DNA from: Tubulanus polymorphus
Lineage: Eukaryota > Animalia > Nemertea
Direction: 5' to 3'
Length of the DNA stretch: 64,000 bases
Assembly (NCBI RefSeq): GCF_964204645.1
Contig: NC_134028.1
Span: forward strand, 7,378,001 to 7,442,000
The stretch's first letter is position 1. Every line of letters begins with the position of its first letter. This document shows positions 1 to 11,289 of this stretch, in pieces. Made by a program: the position numbers and the translations under genes. Under the pieces are notes generated by a model. That model did no database searches. It was not told the origin of the DNA and saw only the letters and a program-made list of their open reading frames with translations.

Positions 1-1982
1 CCTCGCCTGCACCACCGTGTACGATCCTCGCGGCGTTCACCAGTGTTACCCAGTGAGTTTTTTATAATCTTGCAATCTACCTCTTTTTTCAAACCAATAT
101 TCCCACCAACTGGTCCGGAGACAAGCTTAACACGTTCGGAAAACATGATTCACAATCTTTTAATCAACAGCCAGCAAGAATACACTTGACAGAAAATTCA
201 AATTCAGCGGTTAACCGTTAAAAGTGAGTTGTTTAGCTGTGGGAGTAACAAAAAGGCGATCTTGATGACGTCACTAGCCATCGACCAAAACAGGCTTTCA
301 ACCTTTTGCCATCGACACGGTGGCAATTTAAAACGGCTAATGTTGAATGAAACTTTCAAAGCGGTTCGAATCCCCAATTAAGAAAACGGATAACCTGACG
401 AATTGAGCTTCCAGAGTACGCGGCTCCGAGAATATTACTGACAGCGCTCTTCCCCAATTATGAAATAGGAAGACTCCGAGAATAATCGGTTCAAGCTCTC
501 CCCCGTCGACAGGTCCCTGCGGACCGGTTGTGCTACCGTCACAAAAATTTCGTTCTCTTTTTCCATTCTTCATCCCTAAATAAAGAAAGGCATATTTTTA
601 GTCGTCCTCATCTCAAAGCAGAACGGGCACACCCACTAAGACGAAGGGCCGTGTAACAGGGCACCCAGGTCTTTCAGAGCTGGCCCGCGAATTCGGAGTT
701 GAAATTTCTCTTAGAAAGTATTTGCACCAAGACTTCATTTACCGTATTTCTTGGAAATTGCACCAAAATGCTACGCTCCAACAATCGGCTGTCCGCCAGC
801 GGACCTGCGGTCCAGGGATCTACCCCTGCCGCTTTTTGGAAAATTATCCGCCGCGCATGACAATCGAAGAGTCATTGGAGTCACTTATGGAGTGATTCAG
901 CAACTCGGGACATCGGGCTAACCACCAAGGTTCCCTCAGGAGGGGCAGATTTAGAGGGCCCCAAGGTCGTAGTGACACTAGTTCGAAAGAAATGTTTTGT
1001 CCTCTCAGATCCGTTTTCAATTTTCCTGAATAATGAATCTTGCTTGAAGTATTGTCCAACATTATAAATAAAAGTTCTTTAGATATAATTTCACAATTAA
1101 TAAGTGATGATCCACGTTGGAGCGCGACATTTCTACTGCTTATCCATACACTTTAAGATTCCCACCATGCAGCTGCGCTAAAAACCCGGTGTCTGCTGGC
1201 GCCCTACGAGAATCAGGGCCGATATCCCCAGTCACATTTCGGTTATTGATGCAGCTATCACCTCTGATTTACATTTGAATCATTCGTAAAATATTATTAA
1301 TAACAGTTGATGTGTTCGAGGTTACTCTGGTAGGCTTAGCGATTAATGGGGGGGGGGGGGGGGGGGGTAGAGATCGTAATCACGAACACGCAGTATCTTC
1401 TGTGCTCATCAAATTTCGGATAAGTCTCTATTATAGCCACCGACAAGGCAGACGCCGTTTGTTTGATATTAACAAGTAGTTCATCAAACTCTTAAACAAA
1501 GGGATCGAGTTTTTCTCCTGGTAGTCTGTAAAAAAACTCCTGTTATAACATTGGAGCGACTAAATAAAAAGAGATTTGAATGTAAGAGGGTGTGATATCA
1601 TTACGGGTTTTTCTATCATTACGGGTTTTGCATGATTCCGTTCAACAGAAACACCATACTGACAAATTAGGTATCTTCGGGAAGCTTAAACCTTGAATTT
1701 CGTTTCCATGAGAACTGGTGTATTTCCTTGTTTTTCCTTCAAACTTAAAATAGGGATTGACCCTGTTATTTGTTTCCTTGTTAACTAGCCACCAAGGTAA
1801 CTAACTGGTAATCTACCTTGAATTTGTTAGAATAACCATTGTAGTCTGTCTGGTGATATCGCACTCTCGACATCAAGGGAAATCATGTTTTTGAAAATGA
1901 AAATTGTTGTGATTGCGATTACGTCAATCCAACGCATTTGTAGATTTGAAAAACGGTTGTATGATGTGAATTAAACATGAAA

Positions 1983-2939
1983 TCAATGGTTTTTGACTGA
2001 ATTTCTACAGCGGATTTTCATACAGAAATATTCTCGAATTTCTCGTCCCAGTAAAAGATATATGTAGAAATTTACTGCATAGTTACACATTAGAAACTGA
2101 GCGAATATGCCATATAGAAATTCTGTCTGTTCCGGTGAAACCGGTGACAATATTGTAATAGTGATTGGAAGTGTGAATATTGCAAATGTGAGTGAAACTG
2201 TTACAAGCATTATTGTTGTACGTTTTGATTTGGTAGTTTTCTGATCCGACGAAACCATTTTTGAACCTCTGAATAACTGAATTATTATAATAGAATTTGA
2301 TGTCAAGATCAAAGATAAGGGCAGAACGTAAACGTGTACAACAAATCCCACAAAATAAGTTATTTGGTCAAATAATTCATAGAAACATCCAAAGATCTGG
2401 TCAGTAAAGTGAATCGACAAACCATGTGTGAGACATATAAACATTGCATTCACTGCAGTTATTATCAATGTGGCAAATCTAGCAAATCTAGGTGTACATA
2501 TCAAACGAGATGTGAACGGGAAGAGCACAACTGCCGCACGTTCTAGAGATATTGCTACTATTAACCACGAACTATTACAGCTGGCAAGGTTCACTATAAA
2601 TTCATTGATTTGACAACTGATCAGTGAATTCATCAAGAATATAGGACCGTTTTCGACATGGAAGAGAACAAACTGTAAAACAGGCATCAGCGTATAACCG
2701 ATACAGAACGTGAAATCGCTGAGAGACAAAACGATGAGATAGTTAGCGTAAGACAATCTGCGGAATCTGTGACTTATCATTATCAGGAAAGTAGCTGAAT
2801 TTCCGAACGCTCCGAACAGGAACACAATAGGCAGAATGACTAGTAACACAGTACGGTAGATGCCAGACCTGTTCACCACAGACATGAGAACGATGTAAGT
2901 AGCATAGGTTCGACCAATCTGCTTCTGAGTGGAATTCAT
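1983..2939 (-). CDS. Intronless class A (rhodopsin-like) GPCR, invertebrate peptide/FMRFamide-receptor-like orphan group
   Basis: 318-aa ORF with seven hydrophobic segments; TM1 GN (FGAFGNS), TM2 LSLSD, TM3 Cys and ISLER (DRY-like), TM6 FAIFTLP, TM7 NYAVNFYIY. Confidence 0.9.
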   Translation of the reverse strand: MNSTQKQIGRTYATYIVLMSVVNRSGIYRTVLLVILPIVFLFGAFGNSATFLIMISHRFRRLSYANYLIVLSLSDFTFCIGYTLMPVLQFVLFHVENGPIFLMNSLISCQINEFIVNLASCNSSWLIVAISLERAAVVLFPFTSRLICTPRFARFATLIITAVNAMFICLTHGLSIHFTDQIFGCFYELFDQITYFVGFVVHVYVLPLSLILTSNSIIIIQLFRGSKMVSSDQKTTKSKRTTIMLVTVSLTFAIFTLPITITILSPVSPEQTEFLYGIFAQFLMCNYAVNFYIYLLLGREIREYFCMKIRCRNSVKNH

Positions 2940-3472
2940 GATGATAATTAACTGTTGGAGATGCTGGTTCTGAATGTATCAATAGACTTATTGCCATGTC
3001 TGATTTATTGAAGCTCACAATTTATTGTTCACATCTAATCAGAAATCAATGCTCCGAGATCTAACACAATTTACTAAGATTTTGTGAAAGCTTATTATTG
3101 TGTAAAAAATGAATGTGACTCAATTAAATATGAATATTCGTTGTACAAGAATTTATTGTAAATGGAGAAATTTCTTATACGTAGTAGAATATCTGGAAAT
3201 GAAAACACTGTCCATTGTTCAGATTTGAATTGCAAGTTTTAATTGTAGAGTAGAGTAAAACCGAACAGACAACTGTGGAGCCGGGTTCGGAAGCACGTGA
3301 ATTAAGAAAAAAACATTTTCTAGATATTTTCTTCAATTGAAGAATCAAATATATGAAAAAAAGAAAAAAGTTGCAAATAAGATGCTTAGCTTGAGATGAA
3401 TAAGTCGGTATTTATTAGCTCTTTCATAGATCGTGATCTAGTCGAAATTTTAGAATTTCGAATAATGCTTTT

Positions 3473-4068
3473 TTATGTACAAATATGACCGCAACCAGTA
3501 TCGAAACATTCTTGGCTTCCGGAACAATCGTCATTAGTCTGACATTCCTCTACGCATACGCCACCTACAAATTCAAAGCAGACAAATGTCGCCAATATTC
3601 TTCAGTAACGTTACACTGGGCGAATATAGCGAACCGGGATTGGTAAATCATCAGATAGCAGAATATCAAAAACAGTAAAATTAGATTATGATTATGATTA
3701 TGATTCATGAATAATCATTTCGAGTATCGTTGATTATCATTGAGGTCATTATCATTTAGGTCATTTATGAAAATAAGTATTTATCAAATATTAGACTTAA
3801 TTGTATTGTCAATTTTTCCGCGAGATGATTTATCTCACAGAAGAAATACAATTTTCATCAAAAGCATCTACGAAGCGCATCCGTGTTGGATCGTACGTAC
3901 GTTTGTTGTTTTTTGGGCGTCCGAAATCGGGTATGGGAACGCTGGGAGTGCACTCTTGTCCACAACCGTTGTTGCAGCATCTCTCTTCGTATTTACATTC
4001 GTTATCGCTTGTGCAATACAAGCCGCATCGTCCTGTCTGTCCTTCCTCTAACTTCGGGCACAAACCAG
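3473..4068 (-). CDS. Two-WAP (four-disulfide core) domain protein, last two exons (4068-3901, 3564-3473); 5' signal-peptide exon(s) not resolved, possibly near 4620-4770
   Basis: Exon after TTTTAG acceptor encodes GLCPKLEEGQTGRCGLYCTSDNECKYEERCCNNGCGQEC (8-Cys WAP pattern). A phase-1 GTACGT donor at 3900 joined to the TTTGTAG acceptor gives RGVCVEECQTNDDCSGSQECFDTGCGHICT*. Confidence 0.8.
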
Positions 4069-5320
4069 CTAAAATATACCAGGGCATTCGTAAATATGCG
4101 TAACAATTCAAATTGTACGTTCTATGTCCCGATAATAACGCTTTAGGTCATGAAAGCAACTTTTAACTTTATGAAGACAACCTTTACCGAGAAAAATTGT
4201 GATCTGAGTACTTATTTGCGAGAGTCCCAGTCTGATGACGCAATCAAATTTATTTTCTAAGCGAGGGATTTCAAGTAATGAATATACACGCGTATCTTCT
4301 TTGGACCAACAATTATTTTTCCCGACCAAATAGCTAAAGTAAACTGTATGTTGTTTTTATGACGCACTAAAACCACTTTTTGGTCTAGAAAACAACTCAA
4401 AGTTGTTTTCAGAAGGTGCCCAAATCAACTTTATCTTGTAGAGAGAATCCCACGATGACAAACGGATATTTCCCTTGTCATTGTGGGACTCTACATCGCG
4501 TCAACACGGATATAGTGTTCTATCAATCGTGATCAACTTTATCTTTTTTTTCAGTTTGAAAACTTTAGTGGCTCGATTCAGCCACCATACGTATTTCGGT
4601 TTCAAGTATATGAATTCGAAGGTAACGAGTACTTGAATGTCTTTATAACCGCAATCAATCCTGCAAGTACGAGTTCAGATATGAAAGAACTCGTCTGAAA
4701 AATTGACCTCAAACGGTCACAGTCATTCAAAATCGTTTGTACCCACGCTGTTGTAGCCGACATTCATATTCAGAAATACTTATTGCGCGGTCAAGCAAGC
4801 CGCTGCCATATTCTAATGAATTATATACCGTTATCAAGTGACACGTGTATTAATGAATAATGTCCAGCGAGTTTGTTTTGTTACCTTAGCGTCAGAACGG
4901 CCGCGTCAAGACGCGTTGCCATCACAGTCGTGTAACGCGTACAGACGTATACAGCAGTTGATTATTACATTAATTCAAGTACTGCCGTAGTATAACGGTA
5001 AAGGTGATCGAACGAACAATACGGTTTCACCAAATCACGCCACATCGGGTGTAATGACGGAGTTAGTTAGTTCGCCTGTTATCTAATCGTGTTTTTCGAG
5101 AGCTGTTTTGCTACCGTATAGTCCGGATCGCGCGATATCAAGATTGATTATCGGTTTTATGTGCACTGTTAACTCGGAAACGGAGCGAGTTCCTATTGTT
5201 TTCTGACCAGACGGAAAAACGACATTTGAAAATACTGTCTTTGACAGTCTGGGAATTCTCTGTGATTTTATTCGTGATTTACACAATTTGGACACTGACA
5301 CAAAATAAATTTTCATCATC

Positions 5321-6151
5321 ATGGCATATTTACCATTGAATTACTCGGGAATCGTTTTCGATTTTGAAAAGGAATATGACGAGAAATCATTTCATTTATG
5401 GATCCAGCGCAGATGGACGCATTGCTACATTTACGCCGCAGTTTACGTAGTAGCCGTATTCGGCGGCCGGGAACTGATGAAATCTCGCGCTCGATTCGAT
5501 CTACGCGCCGTACTGGCGACCTGGAACGCCGTTCTGGCCGTATTCAGCATCTGCGGCGCCATTCGCACCTGGACCGAATTTCTACACGTCATCAACTCAC
5601 ACGGCGTGGAATATTCGCTGTGCGAGTCGAGCTATTTCAACAACCCGATCGCGGCGTTCTGGGCGTGTCTGTTCACCTTGTCGAAGGTTTACGAGCTGGG
5701 CGACACGGCGTTCATCGTTTTGAGAAAGCAGAATTTGATATTTCTGCACTGGTACCATCATGTAACGGTGCTAATTTACGCTTGGATGTGCTATATCGAA
5801 CATACGGCTCCGGGTCGATGGTTCATGGTTCTTAACTATACCATTCACGCCGTAATGTACACTTATTACACGTTGAGGGCGCTGAAAATCAAACTTCCGG
5901 TTTGGATAAACGTATGCATAACTTCGATGCAACTCATGCAAATGGTTGTCGGCTGCGTAGTCAATATATGGACATACTCGCTGAAATCGAAGGGCGTTTC
6001 TTGCGAACAAACCTGGGGAAATCTTGGCTACGCTTCTTTGATGTATATTAGTTATTTTGTGCTGTTCGGTCACTTTTTCTATAATACGTACTTGGTAGAT
6101 AAACCTCGCGCAAAGAATGCGAAGAAGGTCGATAGCAAGAAAATCAGTTAA
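5321..6151 (+). CDS. ELOVL6: Fatty acid elongase, ELOVL6/ELOVL3-like (GNS1/SUR4 family), intronless CDS
   Basis: 276 aa with SKVYELGDTAFIVLRKQ, histidine box FLHWYHH, NYTIHAVMYTYY, TSMQLMQM, SYFVLFGHFF, and C-terminal KKIS di-lysine ER-retrieval signal. Confidence 0.93.
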   Translation: MAYLPLNYSGIVFDFEKEYDEKSFHLWIQRRWTHCYIYAAVYVVAVFGGRELMKSRARFDLRAVLATWNAVLAVFSICGAIRTWTEFLHVINSHGVEYSLCESSYFNNPIAAFWACLFTLSKVYELGDTAFIVLRKQNLIFLHWYHHVTVLIYAWMCYIEHTAPGRWFMVLNYTIHAVMYTYYTLRALKIKLPVWINVCITSMQLMQMVVGCVVNIWTYSLKSKGVSCEQTWGNLGYASLMYISYFVLFGHFFYNTYLVDKPRAKNAKKVDSKKIS

Positions 6152-6370
6152 CCTATATTCTATTGATAAGAAATTTGTATTTCCAAATTAGTTATGTATT
6201 TTGCTATTGTTTTATAAATGAATTAGAATATATGCATTCAACGCCTCATAATCGTCCGATACGCAACGATATCCCAATTTACTGGGAAACTGTGCTGATT
6301 GCCTAGAGCAATGATGTTCTATATATCATTGGAAGATTCGTAAAGGAGCCGATGTTAACCGGGTGTAGAA

Positions 6371-6578
6371 TAGAAACAACGAGATAAGTAGTACTTCATA
6401 GGTTGACTATTTTATTTGACCACAAGCTTTCGCTACTAATGTATAGTAAGTAGCTTTCATCGAGTAAACGAGTGATCATTTACCTGATGAAAGCTACTAT
6501 ACATTAGTAGCGAAAGCTCGTGCTCGTGCGTCAAATAAAATAGTTAACCTAATAGTACTACTCATCTCGTTGTATCTA
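6371..6578. mobile_element. Palindromic mini-element with a Penelope-type minimal hammerhead core
   Basis: ~100-bp imperfect inverted arms. The right arm reads CTGATGA-AA-GCTACTA/TACAT/TAGTAGC-GAAAGCTC (6484-6519). Confidence 0.65.
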
Positions 6579-8043
6579 TAAATTATGGAAACATTTTATG
6601 TGCTGATAATACTTGTATGTGCTGTCCCCGATACAAATGTATCATCATCATCATTATCGATCGATTTTAATATAAGATAATGAAATAAAGTGCTTGAGAT
6701 TTTTTTGTTGGTTTGTAATTGGAATACAATTGACAATGAACTTAGTTTTTACTTAAACGTTAATTGTCTTGTCGTACTGGGGAATCTGGTGATTTCAATC
6801 AGGCCACATCACGGATACCAATTTTCTACAGCCGCATCCCCGTCTATACCAAAACGGGTTTGTTTTTTACGTTCGTTCTTATGAAAAATTCGCATCGGAA
6901 TTTAACTCGAACAGATTTCCATCGAACTGACACCTCGGCGAAGTACTTACGGTTTGCACTTGATATGGCGATCGATACCTTTTCATAAAAAAAGAAACAA
7001 TCTTGAAGAGTATTCAAAAATAAAAACCTACTTGAACCTACTAATTCCTTTATGAGTAAAATATTTCAATAGTTTGATAAATGAATTAGCAACTCACCAG
7101 GAACAACGAGACAACTGTTAAAAACATTCTGGATTTTACGGGCGACTTTCGTAAATTGCTGTAGCCGGTTCGGTCGCTATCCTGAATTCTGTTATATTCG
7201 CACGTTTCACAATTCGAAACAAGCGTCAAACATATCAAAACGCAAATATTTCGAGCTAACACCAGAACAGATAAGCAATCAGAAACAAACACATTAATTA
7301 CGTAGTACGACGAAATGTATTGCGCATCATATCATCTGAGCCTTTTTCCGGAATTCACAAGTGAAAACATATAGCTATCCATCTACCACTTAGCTAAGAG
7401 AACATAGATACATTATGAAATGCAATATCGAACATCGCGTGTGAACAATTTTCATATCACTCGGTTCTAGATTGGAAAATCTGATATTTCAATTCAAAGC
7501 GTTCAAACGAATCGAAATAAGATCGACTTTTTTCTCATAATTGCTCATAGATTGTCAGCGCAAGGAACTGGTGTTCTTTTTTTGTGCTACGTTAGGTTGT
7601 TAGATAAAATATCTATCCATGTTTGATAGGTAATCACTGATTCTTGTACGCACTTATGATGCAGCTGTCAATCTGCTGTCTGTACCCGACCCCCTCTTAC
7701 CACCACCACTTGAATGGCGGATGGACGACCACATATTTCACAAATGGTAAAAGTCTGGTTAAAACTGATGGTTCAGACATGGCACCTTATGATTTCTTCA
7801 AAGGAAAATGCCTGGGGCGGGGGGTGCCGATGCTTGGACGAAATTTTTTGGGAAAATGCTGAATTCTGTAGAACCTCTTCTGCAGACAGTAGGTTGATAG
7901 CCGCATAGAGGCGAATTTACTGCTGGGACCAGCTTTCGAAATCGTGGATATACATTAGACTCAAACGTTAAATAATAAATTTCAAAATAATTAAAACCTC
8001 AGTGAACAGGATTCTCGTCTTTCGATGATACACACTCCGATCA

Positions 8044-11000
8044 TTATTTCAGCCCAAATCTCGAACATTTGTTGCAAGTTCTTCGACAGTTAACGAACAT
8101 CCAGTCGGACATATTTTCACATTCCCCTCGTTCCTTCCACGCCCCGCAGTTATCAATATGAATCGGATTATCAACGCAAGTATCATCGTGATAACCTGTT
8201 AACGAAATAAAACACTAATTGGATTTTGATTCCAAGAGAGCTCTTGTTCGTTGTCACATAACGACGCCACATTTAAGGTCACAAACATAGGTGATTTACA
8301 TGTCGGATCCCGGTATACATGTATATTACATCCCCAGTCATTTCAACTCTAGTGACTAAATCACATCATCTATCGGGTTTGAATAGAATATACGAAATAG
8401 CGAAATCTGTTGGGATTTTCATTAGCATGGATGACGCAATATGTTCGAAAATAATAACGGTACTTACTTCTGGGGGTTACGCATTTACATTCCTTGTTAA
8501 CAAAGCCTTCAGGTGGACAGGCAACATTTTGACAATTTTCTGGGACAATACGAAATAAACAAATAAACATTAGATTATCGAGTTGATTTGATAAGATTTC
8601 TGTGAAAATGACGTAGTAGTAGGCCTAAATCTGTTGAGGGTGTACAGATTTCAATTGAATTGAAATATGACATAAAATCAATCAAATACTTACTGCCACA
8701 TTCGTACATCATATTGATGACTTTGATATCTGAAAATGATGGTATTTTCAAATAAACGTGTCCGGCTATTTGCTCTAAATTTGGGTCATTGCTTTCCATC
8801 GTCTTCTTATCGTTCTTCGAAAAAGCCTACAGAGAATCCGAAATGGGATACATATTCAATTCGTGGGAACTCTTAGATGTGAATCATGAGTGAGATTTAT
8901 AGTTTATATTCGATTTCGAAATTCGTTTTAAGAAATGATCAATGTGTGCTTTCGATGACCGAGACAAAATTTGGCCAGTTGGTCATCCAAATCCTCCCCG
9001 GCGGGGATTCGAACCTGATGGCATTGAGACTACTCGCCACGGTACGAAAGCCTGCCACACTAGTCCGGGTGCGCAGCTTTATGCGCAGCTTAGATGATGA
9101 TTATTTAAGCTCAGATATTCCGTTGTATTCTAGCCCAGGTTTTTCCATCATGGACTTGCGCACCCGGTCTAGTGTGGCAGGGTTTCGTGCCGTCGCCGTG
9201 TCTAGCAGCGATGCCACCCGGCTCGAATCTCCAACGAGGGAGGATGCTTATCCCCGTGTTCATATACTTACGTATACGCCATAATGCATGATGCTAGTCG
9301 AGTCATACGGGACGTTGAACCGTTCCAGTTCACTCGCGGGATAGGCCTCGAACCATCGCTTCAAACTTTCTTCGACATTTTCCCACAATATACGAACGGT
9401 TCTATCCGGCAGCTGATGCTCGTGTACCAAACCAATCGCGTGTCCTAACTCGTGGTAGTATAAGCCAAGCTGTCATCAATATGAAAATATCATGAACATT
9501 ATTTGTAGAACATTTGAATCGATTAGCATGCAGTAATTTTGAAAGTTTCAACCATATGGAAAGATTGGGCTTCTTTTTTACGCGTTAAAACCATCGAACC
9601 CTTTCTCACTTACGAAATTGCTACACAAAACCCTCCTAAGAATTCAGATAGAAATAAAATTGAGAAATCATTAATGGGCTGCAGAGACGTGAGTAGGTTA
9701 AACTACAAACTTTGCAAAAAATGTACCATTCGTCATGTTCTTTTGATACCAAGCAGTAGCTCAGGTGCAGGTGTATGTATTTCAGTCTCTTTGAAGGACA
9801 GCGAGTTATTTCTTTGGATAATTCGAGCCAAGGTGGAATATAATGTATTTATGTCTTACCCATCTACATCCGTTTATATCCAACGCCAGAATCTGTTCCC
9901 CTCCGCTCATTCCGAGACTCGAGTGACACCTACAGTTAGAATATCGCGAACAAAGGATGGAACATTATTTACCCGAAACCGAATTGTCATATTACTTTGA
10001 TTTAAACATAAAATTCTGTGTATTTGATTTTCAATATATTTCGTACTCCAATTTCCGATTTCAAAACTTGTCAAAAATACAGGCAGGTGGAGATAGATTT
10101 GTATGGGGTACACTGATGAATAAAAGATTACAATTCCCTAGCTATCAACTATATATTCTACAATAAATGCATTGGATTTCCTCTTCATTTTATGCGGTGC
10201 AATCTACCTCCCAGATTTGTTAACTTCGCGAGATATTGAGGTATTCATATAAATTTTGAAAAATATTGTATGACCCAAGGACTCGTACCCGACATCGTTT
10301 TTTATGACCAACACGTTTCTATCGGTTGATTTCGCTTCGGGGAAAGTGAGACATGTCCATTTTGAATAGGTGTCCATAGCTTCTCTCATCTCATTCTTTT
10401 GAAGTCTAGCTAACGAGAAATAAGGAAAAATAATACGTTGGTTGATTAAATCGGACACAGCAGTTGAAATTATCTCATTTCAAATCATACAATTTTCGAC
10501 TCAAATCTGAGCCAGCCACGTGGCTAACGTCAGTCCTCGTGAATTATCGACTTTTTACGGACCAAGTGAAACTAGGCTATATGTCCGATAACCACCGAAT
10601 TGCACGGTTCAAAAATAGGCCATCATAGTGAGTTCGATTATTTAGAAGTCGCCTAACCACGAAAGCCGAAGTTCACCCACGCGGTCCAGTCATCTGACAT
10701 CGCCATATGCAAATGTTACGTAGGTGACATCAAACATCTATGACAATGCTACCCGCCGTGGATATTTATTACGTAACATAATTTTGGGGCTCGTCCGAAA
10801 GTGACCTTGTGCTGAATGAGGTTAAATACGACTTGAATGAATGAAGCCTTACTTACTAAAGGTGTTGTCTCCGTATTTGAAGGGAATGCGAGCATCGGGC
10901 CACCTGAACTGTTTGTCTTTAGTTGTTTTTCTGCGGTATCGCCGCCTATAAAGAACAATGAAATCCATGACACTAAGTATGAGTACTTATCATAGAATAA

Positions 11001-11289
11001 GAAAGCTCCCCTAGAGATATTTTCATAATGAAAGGCGTGAGCAGTTGGACTTGCTTCATCGGGAACTAACAAGGAAGGAGAGTCTTACCTACCTACTATT
11101 ACGTAGTTTCTCGTGTTCTTTGCTTTGATCAGGAGTAAGCTCAATATCATATTCAATTATTTTTCGTCCACGTGTTCCTTCGTAGTGTCGCACATCTATA
11201 TCTGGAAATATTAACGAATTACGCGACTCAGTGTCATTCTCGCATCGGACCAAACTAAATATGCAAATATACGCAAATTTTTTTACCAT
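8044..11289 (-). CDS. Astacin-family (M12A) zinc metalloprotease with EGF-like and ShKT domains; exons 11289-11093, 10945-10857, 10409-10289, 9929-9860, 9469-9272, 8826-8694, 8539-8468, 8195-8044 (alternative ATG at 11328)
   Basis: GT-AG exons in compatible phases give signal peptide MVKKFAYICIFSLVRC, prodomain IEYDI, cleavage site RRYRR, RWPDARIPF, WTCLTF, GCHSSLG, zinc motif HELGHAIGLVHEHQLPDR, Met-turn SIMHY, EGF-like CQNVACPPEGFVNKECKC and ShKT CVDN..NCGAWKERGEC..WMFVNCRRTCNKC. Confidence 0.92.
8991..9245. repeat. Inverted pair of tRNA-derived (SINE-head-like) sequences in astacin intron 5
   Basis: 8991-9075 and 9157-9245 are imperfect reverse complements. The left arm contains GGGATTCGAACC (B-box GGTTCGAATCCC on the - strand). 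Confidence 0.6.

Noticed and set aside
1-146. Open minus-strand frame MFSERVKLVSGPVGGNIGLKKEVDCK... running off the window edge
   Set aside because: Too short and without a recognisable motif; cannot be supported from this window.
1197-1210. TGGCGCCC resembling an LTR primer-binding site
   Set aside because: No adjacent LTR end, paired LTR or gag/pol remnants visible.
5398-6073. Overlapping alternative-frame and antisense ORFs in ELOVL (likewise 39541-39909 and 40468-40659 in the AstA receptor)
   Set aside because: Shadow ORFs expected from codon bias of the real CDS; no motifs.
8991-9075. Possible functional tRNA gene
   Set aside because: A B-box is present but no convincing cloverleaf; better explained as SINE-derived.
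10749-11072. 107-aa ORF from the ORF track
   Set aside because: Wrong frame; the real astacin exon 2 (RRYRRKTTKDKQFRWPDARIPF) is in another frame inside it.
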